In this document: one piece after another, positions 38,629 to 47,424 of the stretch
How positions within the stretch are numbered: the stretch's first letter is position 1
Layout: the number at the start of each line of letters is the position of its first letter
DNA from: an uncultured Alphaproteobacteria bacterium
GTDB taxonomy: Bacteria; Pseudomonadota; Alphaproteobacteria; Puniceispirillales; Puniceispirillaceae
Reading direction: 5' to 3'
Length of the DNA: 64,000 bases
NCBI GenBank assembly: GCA_937996625.1
Contig: CALKVA010000008.1
Coordinates: 20,902 to 84,901 of the forward strand
Program-made: the position numbers and the translations under genes
Notes under the pieces: generated by a model
Seen by the model: only the letters and a program-made list of their open reading frames with translations
What the model was told of the DNA's origin: nothing
The model's database searches: none

Positions 38629-39744
38629 TTAGCTAACCAAAAAAGGTGTTAATTTTTTCATCTCTATTTCTGTGCCCAATCCGATTCCCTGTGGCCCAAT
38701 AACGCGGCCTTGTTCTATTGCCAAACTATTAGTAACCGGATCCGTTTCAAGATATTGATTAGTAACACTCACATCCCAGTTTATATTAGGAACAAGACAA
38801 GCCAGAACAGCAACGGCACTGCTACTAATACTTGTTTCTGCTACCTTTCCGGCAAGATTGATATTTAGCCCCAAAGAATGTGCGTGTCTTGCAGCATCCA
38901 ATACAGCTAGCATTCCGCCAAGCTTAATTGTCTTAAGACTGCATCCTTTAACCGCTGAAGCCAAAACTAGCTCTGATATATCAGACTGGCTATGAACCCC
39001 TTCATCTGCCGCCAATGGAACAGAGCTTACAGATGCAACATCCCTAATTAAGCTAACATCATAGGCAGGGACAGGTTGCTCGAAAAAATCAATACCATAT
39101 TCTTTTGCTGATTTTGCAAACTCAGCTGCTTGCAAGGGCTCATAACCTTCATTTGCATCAGCCGAAATAAAGGCGCCACTACCTAGCACTTTTCTAATAG
39201 CAGAGCACCTCATTAAATCTTGCTCTGCCGAGAGCGAGCCTACCTTGACTTTGAATGCCTCAAATCCTTCATGTTGCTTAGCCTTTGCACGGTCTATTTC
39301 TTCATCTAAAGTGCCTCCCGCAATCATAGTGAGGGCTCGCGCTGATTGTCGTTTTGCACCGCCAAGTAACTCAATGAGAGAGCAATTATTGGAGCGGGCA
39401 AACAGATCAAGCATCGCCATTTCAATTGCAGATATAGCACCATCATTTCCATATAAAGGGGTTTCAATTAATGTTTTGATATCCTGCAGACTGGTAATTG
39501 AAGCACCGACTAATCTTGATTTAAGAAACTCTGCCGCAGCTACCATACCTTGCACAAATTCGCCTGTCATTGTTGGTGCTGATGATGCCTCACCCCAGCC
39601 AGATATAGCATTATTACCAGTAACATGAATGATGATATTATCCGCTGATTTGACAGTAACACCTGCCATTTTTACAGGTGCTTTTAAGGGCATAGATACT
39701 GAATATATTTGAATATCTTCTATTTTTACATGTAAATAAGTCAT
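38629..39744 (-). CDS. enolase-superfamily enzyme, MLE subgroup (dipeptide epimerase / OSBS / racemase-like)
   Basis: 371 aa. FKVKVG (KxK), DANEGY, FFEQP, AADEG and KTIKLGG catalytic or metal positions. Confidence 0.8.
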   Translation of the reverse strand: MTYLHVKIEDIQIYSVSMPLKAPVKMAGVTVKSADNIIIHVTGNNAISGWGEASSAPTMTGEFVQGMVAAAEFLKSRLVGASITSLQDIKTLIETPLYGNDGAISAIEMAMLDLFARSNNCSLIELLGGAKRQSARALTMIAGGTLDEEIDRAKAKQHEGFEAFKVKVGSLSAEQDLMRCSAIRKVLGSGAFISADANEGYEPLQAAEFAKSAKEYGIDFFEQPVPAYDVSLIRDVASVSSVPLAADEGVHSQSDISELVLASAVKGCSLKTIKLGGMLAVLDAARHAHSLGLNINLAGKVAETSISSSAVAVLACLVPNINWDVSVTNQYLETDPVTNSLAIEQGRVIGPQGIGLGTEIEMKKLTPFLVS

Positions 39745-39750
39745 TAAATA

Positions 39751-40947
39751 TTAGGGTTCCTGATTTGTTAGTTCGTTGATCTCAGCCTGTGTCATACCTA
39801 ATAATCCTTCCAGGATTTCGGTGTTATGCTGACCTAATAATGGGGGCGGCGAATTCTCGCAACGTCCTCTTACATCATCAATCGTAATGGGCAAGCCAAG
39901 AGATTTAACAAGCCCAGCAGTTGAATGCTGCATTTCAACAACCATTCCGTTTTCAATTGTTTGTGGATGTGTTAGCGATTGTGAAACCGTACGCACCACC
40001 GCAACTGGAATACCGCTATCTTTTAGCGCATTGTACCAATAATTCGCGCTATTATCAGACAAGGCTATTTCAATTAGCCGTTCAATCTCGTCTCTATTTT
40101 CTACCCTGCCTGCATTTTTAGCGAACCGGCTATCGCCAATCCATTCCTGATGCCCAACACATTCTGCGAACTGTTTGAATTGCCCATCATTTCCAACTGA
40201 AATAACAAGGCTCCCCTCACCACATTTAAAAAGATTATAAGGCACTATATTGGGGTGGCCATTTCCATAACGCCTTGCTTCAGCTTCTGAAACAAGAAAA
40301 TTTGAAGCAACATTTGCTAACAAAAATACCCCTGTATTGTATAAATTAACATCCACGAACGAGCCTAAATTTGTTCTGTTACGTTTGTTTAATGCAGCTA
40401 GAATTCCGATCACCGCATTCATCCCTGTTGCGATATCAACAACTGCTACCCCCAGTTTCATGGGCGCTCCATCTGGCTCGCCAGTAATTGCCATCAAACC
40501 AGATTCGGCCTGAAGCAGAAAATCATATCCTGGCATTCCCCCGTTCGGGCCTTTGGTGCCATAACCTGTTATCGAGCACCTGATAACTGTTTCAGCTTCT
40601 GTTTCAAACCAATCAGATGTAAGACCAAGCTTATCAAGAAGACCTGGTTTGAAATTATCAATTACAATATCACTTTTCTCAACTAGTTTTTTGAGTACCT
40701 GCAGACCAGCAGGAGATTTGAAATCGAGTGCCAAGCTTTTCTTATTGCGATTCACCCCCAGAAAATATGCTGCTTCTGTATCAGCAAATGGGGGGCCCCA
40801 ATGCCGTGTATCATCGCCTCTGCCAGGATGTTCTACCTTTATCACTTCTGCGCCCATATCACCGAGCATTTGGGCACATAAAGGGCCTGCAAGAACGCGT
40901 GTTAGATCCAAAACCACAACGCCGTCAAGCGCATTACCACCAGCCAT
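39751..40947 (-). CDS. family III CoA-transferase (CaiB/BaiF/Frc type)
   Basis: 398 aa. N-terminal LDGVVVLDLTRVLAGPLCAQMLGDMGAEVIKVE. Confidence 0.88.
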   Translation of the reverse strand: MAGGNALDGVVVLDLTRVLAGPLCAQMLGDMGAEVIKVEHPGRGDDTRHWGPPFADTEAAYFLGVNRNKKSLALDFKSPAGLQVLKKLVEKSDIVIDNFKPGLLDKLGLTSDWFETEAETVIRCSITGYGTKGPNGGMPGYDFLLQAESGLMAITGEPDGAPMKLGVAVVDIATGMNAVIGILAALNKRNRTNLGSFVDVNLYNTGVFLLANVASNFLVSEAEARRYGNGHPNIVPYNLFKCGEGSLVISVGNDGQFKQFAECVGHQEWIGDSRFAKNAGRVENRDEIERLIEIALSDNSANYWYNALKDSGIPVAVVRTVSQSLTHPQTIENGMVVEMQHSTAGLVKSLGLPITIDDVRGRCENSPPPLLGQHNTEILEGLLGMTQAEINELTNQEP

Positions 40948-41027
40948 AATCTCTCACCCATTATCACATAAGATAGCGGCCAGCCATTCACCAACCCATA
41001 TCTAATTTCATCCTATTATACCACAAG

Positions 41028-41059
41028 CTTCAACCAAAAAAAATCCAATGGTTGAAGCC
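41028..41059 (-). other. intercistronic inverted repeat between the crotonase and CoA-transferase genes
   Basis: GCTTCAACC-N14-GGTTGAAGC (9-bp stem, A-rich 14-nt loop). No U-tract follows on the minus strand, so it is not a classical terminator. Confidence 0.3.
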
Positions 41060-41083
41060 CTTCTAATTTTTAAAAAAACCGCT

Positions 41084-41941
41084 TTAGGCTTTTTTCATAT
41101 TATCATCATTTTTCAGGCCTGATAGGTATTCTTTTACTTCTTCAGCATTACGTTGTCTAAATTTCTGGAAGTCAGGTTTACGCTTTTCAAGGAATGCATG
41201 CATACCTTCAAGAGACTCCTCGGAGCCCCAAACATGTGCTAGCAGCTCCATACCATGCTGCCAAGATGCATATAATTCATCTGATTCGGCATTTAACGAT
41301 TTTTTAGTCTGACGCAATGTCTGACCGCTATGAGTGTTAATTTTTTTAACCCATTCGAGCGTTTCTTCATATAATTTATCCTGCGGGACACATTTATTAA
41401 TAAGCCCAACCTTTACAGCTTCTTCTGCTTTAAATGATCTGGCTAAAAATATCATCTCACGTGCAAGACGCTCCCCAACGATGCGCGGCAAATATTGGGT
41501 TGCTCCGACGGTTGGGCATGCGCCAACACGTGCACCAGTTTGCCCAAGTACCGCGTTTTCAGATGCAATAACAAGGTCACACCAAAGCGCTAGCTCATGA
41601 CCGCCGCCCATGCACCAGCCATTTACCATAGCAATTACTGGAACAGTAACACCACGGATTGCCATTGCAAGACCAAGCATACGGTCATTCCAATGAGCCG
41701 CATTTACCCAGTTAAGTCGCTTCATTGCATAGAAATCACCACCCGCAGAGAATGCCTGGTCCCCAGCACCAGTAATTACAATACAAGAAATAGAGGGGTC
41801 GTTTCTGGTATCGAGAACCGCTTCACGCAATTCGTCCAGTGTTTGTTCACGAAATGCATTTCTAACCTCTGGTCTGTTTATTGTGATCCAGGCTGCACTC
41901 TCTTTTACCTCTACAAGAATTTCATTATAATCAGTTTTCAT
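41084..41941 (-). CDS. crotonase-superfamily enzyme, MenB/BadI-like branch
   Basis: AFSAGGD, VNGWCMGGGHELALWCDLVIAS, GQTGARVG, LPRIVGERLAREMIFLARSF...GLINKCVP closely follow the MenB/BadI pattern. I start it at the Met at 41941 (MKTDYNE), which overlaps the upstream gene stop by 11 nt. The ORF continues to 41980. Confidence 0.8.
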   Translation of the reverse strand: MKTDYNEILVEVKESAAWITINRPEVRNAFREQTLDELREAVLDTRNDPSISCIVITGAGDQAFSAGGDFYAMKRLNWVNAAHWNDRMLGLAMAIRGVTVPVIAMVNGWCMGGGHELALWCDLVIASENAVLGQTGARVGACPTVGATQYLPRIVGERLAREMIFLARSFKAEEAVKVGLINKCVPQDKLYEETLEWVKKINTHSGQTLRQTKKSLNAESDELYASWQHGMELLAHVWGSEESLEGMHAFLEKRKPDFQKFRQRNAEEVKEYLSGLKNDDNMKKA

Positions 41942-42371
41942 TTGTAGTACCTTTTCCTTTTTTACTTTCAACGATTTCAACTAAAATATTACCGGTATCT
42001 GACGGGTGTAAAAAAAACATCTTTTGACCATGGTGACCGACTACCGGCTTGCCAAGCGCCTTCATTTGATTGTTTTTAACGGATTTAGCTGAAGCTTCTG
42101 CATCTGATGTAGCTGCACAGAAATGATGCATAGCTCCTTTTGGATTACGTTCCAAAAATTTTGCAATTGGGCTTTGTTCATTTAAAGGCTCAATAAGTTC
42201 GATTTTTATATTCACAAAATGAACATAAGCCATCCTTATTCCCTGCTCTGGGATGATTTTTGGAGGCGTTATTTCAGCTCCAAACATATTCGAATAGTGT
42301 TCTAAAACTGGTTCTATTTTTGGAACCGCAATAGCGATATGATCAAGAACGTTTATTCCAATTTTTTCCAA
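41931..42371 (-). CDS. methylmalonyl-CoA epimerase-like VOC-family protein
   Basis: 146 aa. LDHIAIAVP...IKIELIEPL...SPIAKFLERNPKGAMHHFC...FFLHP matches the MCE pattern. Confidence 0.8.
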   Translation of the reverse strand: MEKIGINVLDHIAIAVPKIEPVLEHYSNMFGAEITPPKIIPEQGIRMAYVHFVNIKIELIEPLNEQSPIAKFLERNPKGAMHHFCAATSDAEASAKSVKNNQMKALGKPVVGHHGQKMFFLHPSDTGNILVEIVESKKGKGTTNEN

Positions 42372-42403
42372 TTTTTCCCCCGACCGAAGTCCTGTTTATT
42401 GAA

Positions 42404-42415
42404 AATATCGATAAT
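42404..42415. promoter_or_regulatory. palindromic operator candidate AATATCGATAAT (copy 1 of 5)
   Basis: Exact TATCGATA core at 42406-42413 in the 61-bp gap between the TauE gene and the MCE-like gene, 33 bp upstream of the MCE-like start codon. Confidence 0.55.
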
Positions 42416-42432
42416 TTTACAATTTGCAAGTA

Positions 42433-43170
42433 TTATGAATTGAAAATCAATGCAATACCAAGAGAAAATAATATTGTGTATGTAATGTACCTAAAATAGG
42501 CTTCAGACACTTTATCAAACAAAAAAATACCTGCCCTTAACCCGACTGATAGAGGGATAGAAAGCACGAGCCCAATTACAAGGAATTTAGAGTCAAAACC
42601 TTGCACAAAAATGAAATAAGCAAAAAACGATAATATCGTGCATATTATAACGAGCTGTATATTACTTTGAATGATATTTTTTTCAACTGGAGACGAAAAA
42701 AAATAAATTCCGGTAAAAGGGCCTGTAGGAACACCAAAAAAGCCCGAGAACAGGCCTGTTACCCACCCGAATCCAAGAGATATAAGTCTTGTTTGAGGCC
42801 CATTGTATCGCCAGCCGGAGAAGAGAATTAATGTCCCGACAATTATAAAAATTCCCATGTAAAAAGTAATTTGTGATATTTCATTCTTGAAAAGAAAATT
42901 TAAACCCATAAAGGCGCCAACGCAAAGCCCTGCGCTATAAAAAAGAGTTATTTTTTTTTGTGAATATTTCACAGCTCTTCTCACAGTAAACATAACACCC
43001 ACCAAACCCGACAAGATAATAATATTCATTCCAGCAATAGGGCCAAGAAGAAGAGTGTAACAAGGCAACATAAATAATGAACCTGCAAAACCAGTAAACC
43101 CTCTTACAATCCCTCCAAGAAAAGCTATTAAAACACATAAAAAGAGCGTGGATAATTCTATATCAAACAA
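42433..43170 (-). CDS. TauE/SafE-family permease
   Basis: 245-aa polytopic protein with family-typical G-rich helices (FLGGIVRGFTGFAGS ... GFFGVPTGPF). Confidence 0.7.
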   Translation of the reverse strand: MFDIELSTLFLCVLIAFLGGIVRGFTGFAGSLFMLPCYTLLLGPIAGMNIIILSGLVGVMFTVRRAVKYSQKKITLFYSAGLCVGAFMGLNFLFKNEISQITFYMGIFIIVGTLILFSGWRYNGPQTRLISLGFGWVTGLFSGFFGVPTGPFTGIYFFSSPVEKNIIQSNIQLVIICTILSFFAYFIFVQGFDSKFLVIGLVLSIPLSVGLRAGIFLFDKVSEAYFRYITYTILFSLGIALIFNS

Positions 43171-43376
43171 TTAATAAGTTCCTTTATTATTCAGCTCTAG
43201 GAAGAGCAGCTTGCGGTCATTGCCTTTGCTTGTATCGTTTGAGACAGTTTATTAACAGTTGTTTTTTATATTAGAAGTGGCTTAACATTTTATCATAAAA
43301 ATCAATCAATTCTAAATGTATCAAATATTCATTCTACCAAAATATATCAATTAAATTATGAGTTTAGGGGAGAGAA

Positions 43377-44348
43377 ATGACAGGAAAGCAAATCACGAGA
43401 GACGATTTAAGAGTAGCCGCCGAAAAGTATAAGAATTGGGGGAAATGGGGGCCTGATGATGAAATAGGTACCTTAAACTATACCTCGGCGAACGATATTG
43501 TTGAAGCGGCACAGCTTGTCAATCAAGGAAAAGTAATCTCTCTTGCCCTCAATTTTGATTCAAACGGCCCACAAGGTGCAAAATCTAAATATCAATCGCT
43601 TGGCAGAATAAACCCACTTCATACGATGCTACGAACAGGAACTGATGCCTATTCCGGCGTTCTTGACCAGCGGGGGATTCGCGCCGCAGACGATATGATT
43701 GTTATGCCGTTGCAGTCGGGAACCCAGTGGGACGGCCTTGGACATATATTTTATGAGAATTTCATGTGGAATGGCTATGATTGCAGAGAAGTAACCTCTG
43801 CTGGAGCGCAGAAATGTGGCATTGAAAAAACAAAGAGTAAAATGGTCGGACGCGGCGTTTTATTAGATGTACCAAAAGAAATGGGTGTTGAGCGGCTAGA
43901 GGATGGTTACGGGATTACATGCGATGATCTGGACAGGGCCGCAAAATCCCAGCAGGTTGAAATTAAGCGCGGGGATTATGTAATTGTTCGCACTGGCCAA
44001 ATGGAAGAAATGCTTAAAAATGGAAATTGGGATGGCTATCCTGGAGGCGATGCGCCTGGGTTTGCTTTTGAGACGCTAGAATGGCTACAAGAAAAAGAAA
44101 TAGCAGCCATTGCCTCAGACACTTGGGGTTGTGAAGTACGCCCCAACGAATCCGTGGAAGGCATAAATCAGCCATGGCATTGGATTACAATCCCAATTAT
44201 GGGCATTACGATGGGAGAAATATTTTCTCTTGGCGAATTAGCAGCTGATTGCGCTTCAGACGGAATTTATGAATTTATGTTTGTTGCGCCAGCCTTACCC
44301 ATTACAGGCGCTGTTGGCTCGCCTACCAACCCACTTGCTATAAAATAA
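43377..44348 (+). CDS. cyclase-family protein (kynurenine formamidase / isatin hydrolase fold), long variant
   Basis: 323 aa. NWGKWGPDDEIGTLNY N-terminus and QSGTQWDGLGH in place of the family HxGTHxDxPxH motif. SD GGGGAG before the ATG. Confidence 0.7.
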   Translation: MTGKQITRDDLRVAAEKYKNWGKWGPDDEIGTLNYTSANDIVEAAQLVNQGKVISLALNFDSNGPQGAKSKYQSLGRINPLHTMLRTGTDAYSGVLDQRGIRAADDMIVMPLQSGTQWDGLGHIFYENFMWNGYDCREVTSAGAQKCGIEKTKSKMVGRGVLLDVPKEMGVERLEDGYGITCDDLDRAAKSQQVEIKRGDYVIVRTGQMEEMLKNGNWDGYPGGDAPGFAFETLEWLQEKEIAAIASDTWGCEVRPNESVEGINQPWHWITIPIMGITMGEIFSLGELAADCASDGIYEFMFVAPALPITGAVGSPTNPLAIK

Positions 44349-44490
44349 TTATTAGTTGGGATAGGAGCTACGCTTTTTCTAGAATAATTGGACATATTTT
44401 TTGAACTAACGGAGCGTTTAGCCCCTAAACTAATTATTACAACCCATGCATTGTTGAAGACGCCTTTTTAATAAGAATGGAATCACATAA

Positions 44491-46167
44491 ATGAATAAAC
44501 AAACTGGTGCAGTTATATTAGCAGAATTATTAAAAGCTTATGGGATTACCCATATTTTTATGGTTCCGGCCGTCTTAAGAAGAACAATGGTGGAAATAGA
44601 GAAAAGGACAAATATCAAAAGACTTCACGTTCATTCAGAAAAATCAGCTGCTTATATGGCAGATGGTTTTGCGCGGGCATCTGGAAAGCCTGCTATTTGC
44701 ATGGCACAGGTAATTGGTGCTTTGAATATAGCAGCAGGGTTGCGAGATGCATTTCTGGCGCATTCTCCTGTAATCGCTCTTACAGGTGGCAGAGATCCGA
44801 AAACAAAATTCAAGAAGGTCTATCAAGAAATAGATGATATGCCTGCATTTGAGCCTGTCACAAAATTCAATGCAACGATTGATGATGTTAGCCGGATTCC
44901 TGATATGGTTGAACAGGCGTTTCGGGTTTCAACCTCTGGCTCACCAGGTCCCGTGCATTTGCAATTCAAAGGCAATGAAGCACAAATAGATTTAGAGGAA
45001 TTTGAATTTGAAAGTAATTTCAAGATATCAGACACACACATTCCACCGCATCGCCCGATTTGCAATGATACATTATTAAATGAAGCCCTAACCACCATTC
45101 AATTAGCACAGAGGCCAATTATTGTTGCTGGCGGCGGTGCAAAACATTCCAAATCTTCCCTAGAATTAATCGAATTTGCGGAAAAGCTGAATATACCAAT
45201 TGCAACTTCTCTGAATGGAAAAGATATAATTCATTCAACCCATCCTCTTTCGTGTGGTGTGGTTGGCACTTACTCACGCGAATCAGCTAATCTCTCTGTA
45301 AAAGCTGCTGACCTTGTGATATTTATTGGGTCTGAAACAAGCTCTATGACAACACATTTCTGGACAGTGCCAGATGATAAAACACGGGTTATTCAGATAG
45401 ATATCGAACCTGAAAATCTAGGCAGAAACTATCTTCTTGAAGTTGCAATACAAGGCGATGCAAAAGCAATCCTTGAGAGGATGAATGCGCTCGCATCTGC
45501 ACTTATCATTAGCGAGCGCACTGACTGGCTTGAGCATGTCCACGAGCTAAGACGTGATTGGTATCACAAATATAAATCCCTAATGGAAAGTGATGCCAAT
45601 CCAATAAGGCCAGAGCGATTATGCAAGGAAATTAGCGATAACGCTCCAGACAACGCTGTGATTGTTGTGGATACAGGCCATGCTGGTATGTGGATGGGCG
45701 GTATGTTTGATCTGCAGCATCCAAACCAAAATTACATTCGAAGCGCTGGCCATCTTGGCTGGGCGTTTCCAGCATCACTTGGGGCAAAATGTGCGCTGCC
45801 AGATAGAACAGTGATTTGCTTTACTGGAGATGCTGGATTTTGGTACCATATTGCTGAAATCGAAGTGGCCGTAAGATGGAACATTAATGTAATTGTGATT
45901 GTAAATAATAACAGTGGTGGCAACCAGTCAAAACGTGGTTTTGATAAAGCCTATGGCGGAGAGCAAACTGCCGAAGGTCGTCAGATGTGGACTTTCAATA
46001 ATATAAATTTTGCAGAAATCGCTCAGAATATAGGGGCTGTTGGTATTAGAGTAGAAAAAGCAGAAGATATAAAAACTGCGATTAAAAAAGCATTACAAAT
46101 GAACAAACCAGTAATTATTGATGTTGTGACTGACATCGATGCGTTAGCACCGCTAGCCGTTAACTAG
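44491..46167 (+). CDS. thiamine-diphosphate-dependent enzyme (acetolactate synthase / cyclohexanedione hydrolase-like family)
   Basis: 558 aa with three-domain ThDP architecture. ThDP-binding motif GDAGFWYHIAEIEVAVRWNINVIVIVNNNSGGN. Confidence 0.85.
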   Translation: MNKQTGAVILAELLKAYGITHIFMVPAVLRRTMVEIEKRTNIKRLHVHSEKSAAYMADGFARASGKPAICMAQVIGALNIAAGLRDAFLAHSPVIALTGGRDPKTKFKKVYQEIDDMPAFEPVTKFNATIDDVSRIPDMVEQAFRVSTSGSPGPVHLQFKGNEAQIDLEEFEFESNFKISDTHIPPHRPICNDTLLNEALTTIQLAQRPIIVAGGGAKHSKSSLELIEFAEKLNIPIATSLNGKDIIHSTHPLSCGVVGTYSRESANLSVKAADLVIFIGSETSSMTTHFWTVPDDKTRVIQIDIEPENLGRNYLLEVAIQGDAKAILERMNALASALIISERTDWLEHVHELRRDWYHKYKSLMESDANPIRPERLCKEISDNAPDNAVIVVDTGHAGMWMGGMFDLQHPNQNYIRSAGHLGWAFPASLGAKCALPDRTVICFTGDAGFWYHIAEIEVAVRWNINVIVIVNNNSGGNQSKRGFDKAYGGEQTAEGRQMWTFNNINFAEIAQNIGAVGIRVEKAEDIKTAIKKALQMNKPVIIDVVTDIDALAPLAVN

Positions 46168-46210
46168 CATAACCCAAACAAACTTATCACCGAACAAACA
46201 GGAGAGATTT

Positions 46211-47392
46211 TTGAAATATCCCAGCATAGATAAAGATAATTATCCACTTGGTTTTTTATTCATAAAAGGGGGAGAGCAACCTGATATCGTTCAAGGCAAA
46301 ACCGGAACAACAACCTATACAACTCATGCAAGGCAAATGGCCTTATTTCAAAAAGAAGCCCTTGTTCAAGAAGGCGAAAAAGGAAACAGATGGCGGCTAT
46401 CGTCAGATGAAGGAAAACACCTATCTGGAACCGACCTTGCCCCTTTTCCGCTTGGTTTCTTTAATGCAGCGCTTCACGGTGAATTAACAGGGCGTATTCG
46501 CCAATTTGCCAAACGTGATAACATAATTATCGACAAAATAGACATGGAAGTTTCTAATTTTTACTATATGACTGGCTCATTTGTGAAGGGAGATGCTGCA
46601 GGTCATGCAGAACCGCCCCTAATTGAAATATCTATCACCGCTGATACAAGCGCTGAAAAAATTAACACGATTATATCAGATGCTCTAACCGCTTCTCCTT
46701 TCATAGATGGGTATCGCAACGAGCTTCATAGCCGATTTTCCTTATTCATAAATGGCACCCAAAAAACATTATCAAACTTGCCAAATTGTCCAATAGATGC
46801 CGCTGCAGATCCCTTCATGATCTACCAGACAACACCTGCACCTGTTAGTAATGCTAAATTTATGGATGATATAATCAGAAAAACAGGCGAAGAATTAGAG
46901 GGGGAAATAACAAAAGCACCCACAGGAACAACAACAAAAATTATCCGTAACATCTATGGGGAAAGCCATAGCACTGGTGATGCAAGCACGGTCATTGCTG
47001 ATACCGTCCTTGGGCTTCCGGGGATGACCCGTTTTGAGATTGGCAGTGATGAGGGGGGTAACTCTGCTCCTTCTGGCTTAAGCCATATGTGTGCAGGCGT
47101 GTCGTTCTGCTTTTTAACGCAGTTACACCGATATATTGAACATCAGAAATTCTCTATCAGTGGAATGCGCCTTACCCAAACTGTAGATTTCGAGGTAAGC
47201 GAAGAAAACGGCGCTCAAATTGGCAAGATGGCTGCTGTTGATACGCATCTTTATATGAATGGAGATGCCTCTGAAGAGGAGTATGAGCGCTTGTTAGAAT
47301 TATCAGCAAGATCGTGTTATTTGCACGCAACCCTTGCCAAACCGCTTGAACCTAAAGTGGAGATAAGCCTGAATGGTAACGCCATTTCTTAG
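46211..47392 (+). CDS. tandem (duplicated) OsmC/Ohr-like domain protein
   Basis: 393 aa. TTG start with AGGAGAG 4 nt upstream. Two OsmC-like cores (RWRLSSDEGKHLSGTDLAPFPLGFFNAAL... and FEIGSDEGGNSAPSGLSHMCAGVSFCFLTQL...ARSCYLHATL). Confidence 0.6.
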   Translation: MKYPSIDKDNYPLGFLFIKGGEQPDIVQGKTGTTTYTTHARQMALFQKEALVQEGEKGNRWRLSSDEGKHLSGTDLAPFPLGFFNAALHGELTGRIRQFAKRDNIIIDKIDMEVSNFYYMTGSFVKGDAAGHAEPPLIEISITADTSAEKINTIISDALTASPFIDGYRNELHSRFSLFINGTQKTLSNLPNCPIDAAADPFMIYQTTPAPVSNAKFMDDIIRKTGEELEGEITKAPTGTTTKIIRNIYGESHSTGDASTVIADTVLGLPGMTRFEIGSDEGGNSAPSGLSHMCAGVSFCFLTQLHRYIEHQKFSISGMRLTQTVDFEVSEENGAQIGKMAAVDTHLYMNGDASEEEYERLLELSARSCYLHATLAKPLEPKVEISLNGNAIS

Positions 47393-47424
47393 ACTAAATA
47401 GAAATCAAGATTAGGGAGTTCAGA

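Noticed and set aside
39245-41947. Plus-strand ORFs 39245-39628, 39921-40121, 40649-41005, 40728-40949, 41334-41600 and 41597-41947
   Set aside because: All lie antisense within the enolase-superfamily, CoA-transferase and crotonase genes. They have no SD sequences or family motifs.
43171-43376. Operator-like sequence TTATCATAAA upstream of the cyclase-ThDP-OsmC-hydrolase operon
   Set aside because: It lacks the central CG, so the palindrome core is disrupted. It is not counted as a site.
44491-46167. Identifying the ThDP enzyme as sulfoacetaldehyde acetyltransferase (Xsc), to fit the TauE/sulfonate idea
   Set aside because: The N-terminal sequence does not follow the Xsc pattern as I remember it, and the protein is shorter. 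Only the general ALS-like family can be supported.
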